NCBI GenBank assembly: GCA_050331735.1
Contig: JBHJGN010000021.1
Coordinates: 20,918 to 84,917 of the forward strand
Length of the DNA: 64,000 bases
Direction of reading: 5' to 3'
Source of the DNA: Cyanophyceae cyanobacterium
GTDB taxonomy: Bacteria > Cyanobacteriota > Cyanobacteriia > Cyanobacteriales > JBHJGN01
Shown: in pieces, positions 9,875 to 18,701 of the stretch
Layout: each line of letters opens with the position of its first letter
Numbering within the stretch: position 1 is the first letter of the stretch
The notes under the pieces: model-generated
Databases searched by the model: none
What the model was told of the DNA's origin: nothing
The model's input: the letters and a program-made list of their open reading frames with translations, nothing else
Position numbers and translations under genes: made by a program

Positions 9875-9947
9875 CTTTAGGTTTTAATTGAAATCCTACC
9901 TGTTTTTGAAAAGCTGAAACGAAGCTTTTTTTTTAAAATATTCGGTC

Positions 9948-11414
9948 CTAACTGGCACGAGGTTTATTTTGAGCTGTTGTTGCGTAAAAAGTCTCTTCCT
10001 CAGTGTGAATTGGAAGTAATACAGCAAAAGTTGTTTTTCCAGGCTGCGATTCTACTACAATCTTACCCTGATGTTTTTCAACAATTCTCTTGACAATATC
10101 CAAGCCTAGCCCAGTGCCTTGACCGAGAGGTTTTGTTGTAAAAAAAGGAGTAAAAATTTGCGGTTTAACCTCTGGAGCAATTCCAGGACCAGTATCGGAA
10201 ATTTCGACAGCTATTTTGTTGTCGCTACAGGCAACATCAATTGTTAACGTTCCATTATTATTCATTGCTTGAATGGCATTTTGAATTAAATTAGTCCAAA
10301 CTTGATTGAGTTCATCTGGATAACAAACAATGGCCGGAATGTCCGCGTAGTTTTTATTCACTTCTATATTTTGCCTGAGCTGATGGCGATAGAGCGTTAA
10401 AACGGTTTCAATGCCCTGAATAACGTTCGCCACTGTTTTCTGACCGGTGTGGTCTTGGCGAGAGTAATTTTTAAGGGCTAACACTACTTTTTCTGCTTGT
10501 TCAGTAGCGGTAAAGATTGTTTGAGTACTCTTGTGTAAACAGATGACTTCATAAACGGCATTCAAAATTTCTCTACCGTGAGAGTTTTTTAGCAGAGGTA
10601 AAAATAGCTCGAGATTTTTGTCTGCTCCTAAATCTACTAGAAGATCTGCAAAAACATTTATATCATCAATTTTCAAGCCATGAATAGATTTGAGTAATTC
10701 TTTTTTGAGTACTCTTCTTTCTTTGCTCGATAATTCCCTGTCTGGAAGTTGAATGAGAGTATTAAAAAGCTGGATCTCTTCAGAAGAAACAAGCTGTAAA
10801 AACGTTGTTAAATGACTCAGCTTTTTGAGAAATTCGGCAATATTTTCTGCTGAGGAGCGAATGGCTCCGAGAGGAGAATTAACTTCATGAGCAATTCCTG
10901 CTACAAGCTGTCCTAAAGCAGCCATTTTTTCCGACTGGATTAGCTGAGCCTGAGTCTCTTGAAGCTGGACTAAAGTTTGGGCCAACTCCTCATTGCGCGA
11001 CTGCAAATTTTTTTGCAGAAAGCGAAGAGTCATATGATTTTTGACTCTTGCCAGCACTTCTTGAAGCTGAAAAGGCTTGGTAATGTAGTCAACACCTCCG
11101 GTAGAAAAGGCTTTGACTTTGTCGGCTACTCGATCGACCCCACTCAAGAAGATGATGGGAATGTCTTGAGTTGTTGGGGTCGCTTTCAGCCGACGGCATA
11201 CTTCGTAGCCATTTATTTTCGGCATCATAATATCCAGCAAAATGAGATCGCTCTGAAAGCGAGAAGCTTTTTCTACGACCAGCTCACTATTGCTGACTGA
11301 CTGAACCTGGTAGCCTTCTTGTTTGAGGAGGGCTGCCAGTAATTCAACATTGGCAGGAATATCGTCAACAATTAAAATATTGCCTTGGTTGTGCTGGTTT
11401 TTATGGCTGCTCAC
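9948..11414 (-). CDS. Hybrid REC-histidine kinase (NtrB/HupT-like transmitter)
   Basis: ILLDIMMP; QSEKMAALGQLVAGIAHEVNSPL; QVWTNLIQNAIQAM; PFFTTKPLGQGTGLGL. Confidence 0.93.
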   Translation of the reverse strand: MSSHKNQHNQGNILIVDDIPANVELLAALLKQEGYQVQSVSNSELVVEKASRFQSDLILLDIMMPKINGYEVCRRLKATPTTQDIPIIFLSGVDRVADKVKAFSTGGVDYITKPFQLQEVLARVKNHMTLRFLQKNLQSRNEELAQTLVQLQETQAQLIQSEKMAALGQLVAGIAHEVNSPLGAIRSSAENIAEFLKKLSHLTTFLQLVSSEEIQLFNTLIQLPDRELSSKERRVLKKELLKSIHGLKIDDINVFADLLVDLGADKNLELFLPLLKNSHGREILNAVYEVICLHKSTQTIFTATEQAEKVVLALKNYSRQDHTGQKTVANVIQGIETVLTLYRHQLRQNIEVNKNYADIPAIVCYPDELNQVWTNLIQNAIQAMNNNGTLTIDVACSDNKIAVEISDTGPGIAPEVKPQIFTPFFTTKPLGQGTGLGLDIVKRIVEKHQGKIVVESQPGKTTFAVLLPIHTEEETFYATTAQNKPRAS

Positions 11415-11669
11415 GGCAAAATTAACAATTCTTGTCTCAAAAGCAAAGCACTTTTACTTGAGTTGAGAGTACCCAACTTTCAAGCGAGATCTAGCAGAGA
11501 CTCTCTCTTCAACACAGCCAGCTTCTTCAGTTTTGGGTAACGGTGACTTCGATCCTCGCTGAGAGCTGTTAGCCGAACTGCTGCGACCAAGTTAAAGGCT
11601 TTACCATAGTCAGAGAGACTTCCATGAATACAGTGCTTCCCAGGCTAACAGAGTCACCCAGCGTTTTCT

Positions 11670-13022
11670 ATGGTAGAACTTAGTTTTCAGGTTAATCATC
11701 AATCTGTCCCTCCCCAAAACATTGACGCAGAGGAGTCTATCCTCGGCGGTATTTTACTCGACCCAGAAGCCATTGGTCGCGTTGCTGACCTAATTGGACC
11801 GGAGGCTTTCTACGTTAAAGCCCATCGGGAAATTTATCAAGCGGCTTTAGTCCTCCACTCCCAGGGACAACCGACCGATTTAATGACGGTGACAAGCTGG
11901 CTGAGCGATCGCCACATCCTCGACAAAGTTGGCGGCGCGAGTAAGCTAGCCCAGCTAGTGGACCGCACGGTGTCTGCTGTCAACATCGACCGCTATGCGG
12001 CTTTGATTCAGGATAAGTACCTGCGCCGTCAGCTTATTAGTGCTGGCAATGACATTATTGACCTGGGCTTCGACACCGCCACCGATTTAGAAACTGTTTT
12101 AGATCGGGCTGAACAGAAGGTGTTTCGACTGACTCAGGAACGTCCGCAACAGGGGTTAGTTCCCATTGCCGATACGCTAGTGCAGACGTTTAACGAAATC
12201 GAGAGCCTGCATCAAGAAGTCGCCCTTCCCGGCATTACCTCGAACTTCTACGATCTTGATGCCATGACCAGTGGCTTTCAGCGCTCCGATCTGATTATTC
12301 TAGCAGGCAGACCCTCTATGGGCAAAACGGCTTTGGGCTTGGGCGTGGCCGTCAATATTGCTAAAGTCCACAAGCTGCCAGTAGCGATCTTCAGCCTGGA
12401 AATGTCGAAAGAACAGCTCGCGCAACGCCTGCTAGCTAGCGAAACCGGAATTGAAAGTAACCGCCTGCGTTCGGGCAGAATTACTCAGAACGAATTTGAA
12501 CCCTTGGGCATGGCGATGGGAACGCTCTCAGAACTGCCCATTTTTATCGACGATACCGCTAACCTCACGGTGATGCAAATGCGATCGCAGGTGCGCCGTC
12601 TCCAGGCAGAAAAAGGCGCTATGGGGTTGGTGCTACTAGACTACCTCCAGCTTATGGAGGGCAGCGGAAGCGACAACCGCGTTCAGGAGTTATCTAAAAT
12701 CACGCGCTCTCTCAAAGGATTAGCCCGCGAAACCAATGCGCCGATTATTGCCCTTTCTCAGCTCAGCCGCGGCGTGGAAGCCCGCAATAATAAGCGCCCC
12801 ATGATGTCAGACTTGAGAGAAAGTGGCTCGATTGAGCAAGACGCCGACCTTGTAATTATGCTCTACCGCGATAGCTACTACAATCCCGATTCCCCCGACC
12901 GCAACATTGCGGAAGTGATCATCACCAAACATCGTAACGGACCAACGGGAACGGTGAAGCTGTTGTTTCAGCCAGAACTAACTAAGTTTGAAAACCTCCT
13001 GGCAGGTACCGATGGCTATTAA
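11670..13022 (+). CDS. dnaB: Replicative DNA helicase, no intein
   Basis: PPQNIDAEESILG, AGRPSMGKT, DYLQLM, LSQLSR, DLRESGSIEQDAD, KHRNGPTG. Confidence 0.97.
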   Translation: MVELSFQVNHQSVPPQNIDAEESILGGILLDPEAIGRVADLIGPEAFYVKAHREIYQAALVLHSQGQPTDLMTVTSWLSDRHILDKVGGASKLAQLVDRTVSAVNIDRYAALIQDKYLRRQLISAGNDIIDLGFDTATDLETVLDRAEQKVFRLTQERPQQGLVPIADTLVQTFNEIESLHQEVALPGITSNFYDLDAMTSGFQRSDLIILAGRPSMGKTALGLGVAVNIAKVHKLPVAIFSLEMSKEQLAQRLLASETGIESNRLRSGRITQNEFEPLGMAMGTLSELPIFIDDTANLTVMQMRSQVRRLQAEKGAMGLVLLDYLQLMEGSGSDNRVQELSKITRSLKGLARETNAPIIALSQLSRGVEARNNKRPMMSDLRESGSIEQDADLVIMLYRDSYYNPDSPDRNIAEVIITKHRNGPTGTVKLLFQPELTKFENLLAGTDGY

Positions 13023-13062
13023 GTCAGTTCTCGGTTGAAGCCTCGTTTGTGCTGGCAAGAAT

Positions 13063-13093
13063 GGGGAAAGGGGAAAGGGTAAGGGGGTAAGGG
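13063..13093 (+). repeat. G-rich heptamer tandem array without hairpin
   Basis: GGGGAAA GGGGAAA GGGTAAG GGGGTAA GGG downstream of dnaB. Confidence 0.7.
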
Positions 13094-13198
13094 AATTAAT
13101 TCTCTTTCCGCCAACGCTTTTTCTCCCCAACGATGACGCGCTCTAAACAACAATCAGCAATCGTGCCTACAATTAATGAGAAGACATCCTCGAAAACA

Positions 13199-13963
13199 AT
13201 GGATCTCACCTATTTAGACAGTAATTCCTGGCTGATTGAAATTAGCGGAAAACACATTCTGATCGATCCCTGGCTCGTTGGCGATTTGGTGTTTGGCAAC
13301 CTGCCGTGGTTTTTCAAAGGGACAAAAGCGCCTCGACCCATCCCTGACAACGTTGACCTGATTCTTCTTTCCCAAGGACTAGAAGATCACGCTCATCCAC
13401 CAACTCTCAAACAGCTTGACCACACGATTCCGGTGGTTGGCTCTCCCAATGCGGCTAAAGTGGCTCAGGAATTGGGCTACCTTCACGTTACCGCTCTCAG
13501 TCATGGGGAAACCTATGCTCTCGAAGGCATAGAAATCAAAGCTGTACCGGGTTCTCCGATTGGTCCTCAGCTTGTGGAGAACGGCTATCTGATCCAGGCA
13601 CAGGACGAGCATACGCTCTACTACGAACCCCACGGGTATCACTCTCCCATGCTTCAAGAAGCTGCCCCCATCGATGTTGTAATCGCTCCCATCGTTAACC
13701 TTAAGCTTCCTCTCCTCGGGCCTATTATTAAGGGACAACAAGAAGCTTTAGAGCTGTGTCGCTGGCTTCAGCCGCAGGTGATTTTGCCAACGGCGGCTGG
13801 AGGCGATGTGTCTTTTGAAGGGGTTCTCAATGCTTTGCTCAGCGCAGAAGGGACTGCTGACGAACTTCAAAGTCTGCTGGCTCAACACGGTCTGGCTACT
13901 CAAGTCATTGAACCGCAGCCAGGAGAAACATTTTCCCTAGAATTAAAGCCAATCAAGCGCTAA
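13199..13963 (+). CDS. MBL-fold metallo-hydrolase (cyanobacterial/plant beta-lactamase-like)
   Basis: LTYLDSNSWLI..ILIDPWL, SQGLEDHAH, YYEPHG. Confidence 0.88.
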   Translation: MDLTYLDSNSWLIEISGKHILIDPWLVGDLVFGNLPWFFKGTKAPRPIPDNVDLILLSQGLEDHAHPPTLKQLDHTIPVVGSPNAAKVAQELGYLHVTALSHGETYALEGIEIKAVPGSPIGPQLVENGYLIQAQDEHTLYYEPHGYHSPMLQEAAPIDVVIAPIVNLKLPLLGPIIKGQQEALELCRWLQPQVILPTAAGGDVSFEGVLNALLSAEGTADELQSLLAQHGLATQVIEPQPGETFSLELKPIKR

Positions 13964-14341
13964 TTTTTTTAGCAGTTGTATAGAAAAATACTAGTAAAAA
14001 AAGCCGCTAAAAGTATGGACGAACTATCTCTATCTTGGTATAATTTGAGCAAATCAAGATAAAAGTTAATCAGCTCGATTTAGCCAAGCGACGATACTTG
14101 ACAGAAAAAGCTTAGCAGTTGGCAAGGTATAATTCCCTTCAAAATGCAGGTCTTGTATCCGAGTGTTTGGAGTTTGATGGCGTTAAAGCTGCTTTGAAAG
14201 CCGCTTCACTCAACGTTCTCTCAGAAGAATTGGGTGTTGCGTTGAGCAAGCTAAACGTAGAGCGAATCGGTGGTGTCCGTGCTCGGTGATGGGCTGATTA
14301 ATGGTGCTTGTTTTGCTGCCCTCACACACTGCATACGAACG

Positions 14342-14623
14342 ATGACCCGAAAATTGAATACTTTTGGTGCTTCTTTACTAGTACTGAAAGAATGGAGCTT
14401 AGTCGAGCGGCTAGATGCTCAGAATATTCTATTGCTCCTCTTAATTGGATTTTTGTTTTGCCTGACTGTATGGCTTACCATTGCCAATTTTGTGTCTACT
14501 TTTGTCTTAACTCCAGCGCTGATTCCGCTGACTAACCTGTTATTTTGCTTTTCTGGTTTTTATCAGAATCGGCAAGCAAGCGATCGCTACAGCCACGATT
14601 ATTCAGGATTAGAAACAAGTTGA
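14342..14623 (+). CDS. Small hypothetical membrane protein
   Basis: 93-aa ORF with two hydrophobic segments, followed by a hairpin; start uncertain. Confidence 0.45.
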   Translation: MTRKLNTFGASLLVLKEWSLVERLDAQNILLLLLIGFLFCLTVWLTIANFVSTFVLTPALIPLTNLLFCFSGFYQNRQASDRYSHDYSGLETS

Positions 14624-14626
14624 GCC

Positions 14627-14643
14627 GGGCGGAAGTTCCGCCC
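14627..14643. terminator. Hairpin between convergent genes
   Basis: GGGCGGAA-G-TTCCGCCC. Confidence 0.5.
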
Positions 14644-14650
14644 AGACAAT

Positions 14651-16546
14651 TTACTTAACGATCCCGGAATGTCCGGCAATCTCTGCAATCGGTTCAAATT
14701 GACCGCCGAGGTACTGCGCTAAAAACTCTTCAGCGACGGCATAGAAGTGCAGGCGGTTTTCCGGGCGAGCAAACCCATGACCTTCATCGGTATAGAGAAC
14801 GTACTGCACTGGTTTGTTGGCTGACTCCATAGCTGCCACAATCTGTTCGCTTTCAGCCTGCTTAACGCGCGGATCGTTGGCTCCCTGTCCGATGAGCAGG
14901 GGTTTCTGAATGCGGTCTACAAAGAAAAGGGGCGATCGCGACTTCAAAAACTCCGCTTCCTGCTCGAGGTTGCCCACTCGATGCTGAAACATCGCCATCA
15001 GCGGTTTCCAGTAGGGCGGAATACTCTGCATCAGGGTAATCAGGTTACTCGGACCGACGATATCAACTCCGCAGGCAAACACATCCGGGGTAAAAGTTAA
15101 CCCGACCAAGGTGGCGTAGCCTCCGTAGGAGCCGCCCATAATGGCCACCTTATCCGGGTCCGCAATGCCTTGATTAGCAATCCAGTTGACGCCATCGATG
15201 AGATCGTCGTGCATTGTCGCCGCCCACTGGCGGTTTCCAGCATTGACAAAATTTTTCCCGTAGCCTGTAGATCCCCGGAAATTGACCTGGAGGACAGCGT
15301 ATCCTCGGTTGGCCAACCACTGTACGCTCGGACTGTAGCCCCAAATATCCCGCGCCCACGGACCACCATGAACTAAAAGGACCGTGGGGTAAGGAGCATC
15401 CCCGCCGACGGGTTTAGTAAGATAACCGTGAATCGTCAGTCCATCCCGCGCCTCGTAAGCAATCGGTTCCATCGTAGCGAGCGGTAAGTCTTCGAGTTCG
15501 GGGCGATTGCTAAATAGGAGGGTGCTGGTGCGGGAGTCTCGACTGTAGTGAGTGTAGTAAACTGGACCATCATCGGTGAGATAGGACACAATCCAGTTAC
15601 GGTCGGCTAAATCCCGACTGGTAATGCTATACTGACCGCGACGAAAGTGAGCGATCGCCTCCAGGTCGGCAGCAATATCGTCGTCGAGAAGCTGCCATTC
15701 GAGCCGTTCTCGATAGAAGGAAACTGCCTGAATCCTTCGCGCTGTGGGATGAACCACCACACCACCCACATCATACTGGTCGTCTGCGGCGACGATTGAT
15801 TCTGCCTTGGTTTTCAAATCCAGGGCCAGCAGGCGCTGAGCATTGGCATCATGGGAACCAATAATGTAAAGAGTTTGCCCATCCTCAGAAAACAGCACCG
15901 CTCCTCCTTCGTCATCCGGTCCCCAGTGGCGCAGCGTTTCCCACGGGCCTTGGCTCGACTCCCGATAGAGTAAGTCCGAACCCCCATCTGGAGTGGCTGC
16001 GACTGCTGCGCGAATCTGAAACTGAGCATTCGCTGTCCAGCTTACAATATTGCCGGGATTGTCAACGGCTAGTTCTACCGCGCCGCTATTAAGATCGATC
16101 CGATAAACATCAAACTTTTGCGGATTAGCCAGATTGAGTCCGACGAGAATCGTGTCGGGAAATTCGGGGTCGAGATCGATGACTTGAGCTTTCACTCCCT
16201 GAAACGGGGTTAAATCGCGCACCAGATTTGAGCGCACATTAACCAAATAAAGATGGAAATTCTCGTCGCCATCTGAATCTTGAAGATAGATCAGCTGATC
16301 TGGGCTGTACGTCCAAAAGTAGGCGCGAATTCCGCGTTTACGATCCTGGGTCAGTTGGCGATCGTTTTCCTCGCCTAAGAGCCGCAACCAAACTTGCAGC
16401 ACATTTTTATCATCTGGGGCAATTGTAGCCAGGTATTTGCCATCAGGCGATACTTTAGGGCTGCTCCGCTGCGGGTTACCAAATAGGACTTCACGAGGAA
16501 TCAGCGGCGGTAACTGGGTTTCTGGTTGAGCCGTGGCAGTTGTCAT
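14651..16546 (-). CDS. S9 family peptidase (dipeptidyl aminopeptidase/acylaminoacyl peptidase)
   Basis: PLIPREVLFGNP, VHGGPWARD, GGSYGGY, QGANDPRV, DEGHGF. Confidence 0.94.
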   Translation of the reverse strand: MTTATAQPETQLPPLIPREVLFGNPQRSSPKVSPDGKYLATIAPDDKNVLQVWLRLLGEENDRQLTQDRKRGIRAYFWTYSPDQLIYLQDSDGDENFHLYLVNVRSNLVRDLTPFQGVKAQVIDLDPEFPDTILVGLNLANPQKFDVYRIDLNSGAVELAVDNPGNIVSWTANAQFQIRAAVAATPDGGSDLLYRESSQGPWETLRHWGPDDEGGAVLFSEDGQTLYIIGSHDANAQRLLALDLKTKAESIVAADDQYDVGGVVVHPTARRIQAVSFYRERLEWQLLDDDIAADLEAIAHFRRGQYSITSRDLADRNWIVSYLTDDGPVYYTHYSRDSRTSTLLFSNRPELEDLPLATMEPIAYEARDGLTIHGYLTKPVGGDAPYPTVLLVHGGPWARDIWGYSPSVQWLANRGYAVLQVNFRGSTGYGKNFVNAGNRQWAATMHDDLIDGVNWIANQGIADPDKVAIMGGSYGGYATLVGLTFTPDVFACGVDIVGPSNLITLMQSIPPYWKPLMAMFQHRVGNLEQEAEFLKSRSPLFFVDRIQKPLLIGQGANDPRVKQAESEQIVAAMESANKPVQYVLYTDEGHGFARPENRLHFYAVAEEFLAQYLGGQFEPIAEIAGHSGIVK

Positions 16547-16570
16547 ATCAATTGTTTGGTGCAGAGTGTT

Positions 16571-16610
16571 AAATAAAAAAAGGATAGAGAGTCAATTCTT
16601 CTCCATCCTC
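16571..16610 (-). terminator. Rho-independent terminator of the small gene at 16663-16908
   Basis: Minus strand AGGATGGAGA...TCTCTATCCT followed by a T-run. Confidence 0.55.
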
Positions 16611-16662
16611 ATATTAATTTAGGTCGTTGAGCGCTGATGCTCGGAGATAGTGGTTTCCGCTG

Positions 16663-16908
16663 TTATTCTGCGACCGGAACCAGCATAAAATCTGACGGAC
16701 GCACCACCACCTTCCCCTGGGATAGATCCTGGCGCAACTGACTTCCCGTTCTCCACGCCCGGTACTTGCCGACGTTCCAGCGAGGGTTGGTTGGATACCC
16801 GGCAAAACCAGACCGCAGGGCCGCATGGTTTTCTTTGGGCGTGTTGGTACGGAGTAAAACGTTTTCGGCTAGCTCCACTACCGCCAGGTCTCGATGCTCT
16901 CTTCCCAT
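16663..16908 (-). CDS. Small conserved cyanobacterial hypothetical protein
   Basis: 81 aa; RSGFAGYPxNPRWN..K.RAW.TG motif recalled from other cyanobacteria; purine-rich RBS (GGGGGAAGG) and own terminator. Confidence 0.7.
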   Translation of the reverse strand: MGREHRDLAVVELAENVLLRTNTPKENHAALRSGFAGYPTNPRWNVGKYRAWRTGSQLRQDLSQGKVVVRPSDFMLVPVAE

Positions 16909-16995
16909 AGACCTTCCCCCCTATTCATTTTTATAGCTTTTTTAAATTATATAACAAAATATTTAAAATTGCATTTGTTTTTGCTAAGAAACTCC

Positions 16996-17679
16996 CTACT
17001 GCTCCTGGCCAAAACGATAGCCTCTGCCATAAACGGTGTGAATCAGAGGAGATTCTCCTTGAGCATCTATTTTGCGCCGTAACAGTCGCACGAGGGCTGC
17101 TAAAACGTTGCTGCTAGGCTGGTCTGTTTCTGTCCACAGGTGCTGATAAATCTGTTCGTGGGTGAGTAATTGATGGGGGTGACGCATAAAGTAAACGAGG
17201 AGTTTGATTTCTTTCTCCGAAAGGTTAATCGCCTGTCCCCGACGGTAGGCCAGTTGGTTATCCACATCAACTTCGAGATCTGCTACTTTGAGGCGTTCCG
17301 TAGAGGGAGCATCGAGGGTTGGCGATCGCCTCAGCAGCGCTCGCACTCTAGCCAGCAATTCTCGCAACTCAAAAGGCTTTACTAAATAATCGTCGGCCCC
17401 GGCATCTAGCCCGATGACCCGGTCATCGACCGTATCTTTAGCGGTGAGGAAGAGAACGGGAGTAGTTTTTCCCTGCGATCGTAGCTGTTGACAAATTTCT
17501 ACGCCTGAACAGCGGGGCAGCATCCAGTCGAGAATCAGCAGATCGTACTCTTGCGCTAGCGCTAACTCAATGCCTTGAGCACCGTTGTCAGCTATATCCA
17601 CCTCATAACCTTCACGAGTGAGTACTTGGCTAAGAGGCTCGGTGAGTTCTACTTCATCATCAACAAGAAGAATTTTCAT
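16996..17679 (-). CDS. manR: OmpR-family response regulator, ManR-like (Mn homeostasis)
   Basis: ILLVDDExxLTEPLS, LILDWMLP, PSSNVLAALVRLLRRKI resemble Synechocystis Slr1837; divergent from hisG as recalled for Anabaena. Confidence 0.75.
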   Translation of the reverse strand: MKILLVDDEVELTEPLSQVLTREGYEVDIADNGAQGIELALAQEYDLLILDWMLPRCSGVEICQQLRSQGKTTPVLFLTAKDTVDDRVIGLDAGADDYLVKPFELRELLARVRALLRRSPTLDAPSTERLKVADLEVDVDNQLAYRRGQAINLSEKEIKLLVYFMRHPHQLLTHEQIYQHLWTETDQPSSNVLAALVRLLRRKIDAQGESPLIHTVYGRGYRFGQEQ

Positions 17680-17973
17680 ACAGTTGCTTTTTTGATTGTT
17701 GCAGTCTCGTTTTACTTTCTAGTTGTTTATCGATGGCTGATGGTTAATGGTTGATGATCCCTGGATTCCTCTTGTGTCCCTCGTGCTCTTCAAATCCTGC
17801 TATACTAAATCGGCGCTGCGAGCTACTGCTCAACTGTGGCAGTTTCTTCATTATGAGCCGCTGCCAATCACTCTTAAATGACGGAGAGCTGCCAGTTCGC
17901 TTCAGCATCAGCTTGCTCCACCGTTCCTCGTTCCCTGTCGTCTATATCTATCATTGACTCAACAGTAATCACT

Positions 17974-18630
17974 ATGCTTACCGTCGCACTCCCTAAAGGC
18001 GCTCTGTTAGCCGACAGCATCAATTTGTTTAAACAAGTTGGTTTGGATTTTAGTGGCTTTTTAGAAGACAGCAATCGGCAGCTTCAAATTTGCGATCCCA
18101 CTCAGACAGCGAAAGCTCTGCTGGTAAGAACTCACGATGTCCCTATTTATGTAGAGTACGGACAGGCTCAGCTTGGAATCTCTAGTCACGATATTTTGCA
18201 GGAAAAAAGGCCCCAGGTTGCTAAGCTAGCCGATCTGCGGTTTGGATACTGCCGATTGTCGGTCGCCGTCCGCAACTGCGACTATCACGAAAAAGGCTAT
18301 ACCAGTTCAATTAAACTCCCGCCTCACGGCAAGGTCGCGTCTAAATTTGTGGGGTGTGCCAAGGAGCACTTTCGCAGCTTAAATTTACCGGTGGAAATTG
18401 TGCCGCTTTACGGTTCGGTCGAACTCGGTCCGATCACCGGCATGTCTGAAGCCATTGTCGATCTCGTCTCCACCGGACGAACTTTAAAAGAAAACGATCT
18501 TAAAGAAATTGATGTTCTCTTTGAAACCACGGCCCGCCTGATTGCTCATCCTCTGAGCTATCGATTGAATACCAACAACGTTTCTAGCTGGGCAGAAAAA
18601 ATTCGTCGAGCCACTACAATCGCTCATTAA
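17974..18630 (+). CDS. hisG: ATP phosphoribosyltransferase, short form
   Basis: MLTVALPKG, VEYGQAQLG, LYGSVELGPITGMSEAIVDLVSTGRTL. Confidence 0.96.
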   Translation: MLTVALPKGALLADSINLFKQVGLDFSGFLEDSNRQLQICDPTQTAKALLVRTHDVPIYVEYGQAQLGISSHDILQEKRPQVAKLADLRFGYCRLSVAVRNCDYHEKGYTSSIKLPPHGKVASKFVGCAKEHFRSLNLPVEIVPLYGSVELGPITGMSEAIVDLVSTGRTLKENDLKEIDVLFETTARLIAHPLSYRLNTNNVSSWAEKIRRATTIAH

Positions 18631-18701
18631 TCAGCATTTAGCCCGATTTAATCAACACCTGACTAAGCTAGAGTGGAGAAACAGCACAGCAGATTATTTG
18701 C

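Noticed and set aside
16614..16908. GC-rich stretch as rnpB or another structural RNA
   Set aside because: No RNase P conserved motifs; explained by the 81-aa CDS with RBS and terminator.
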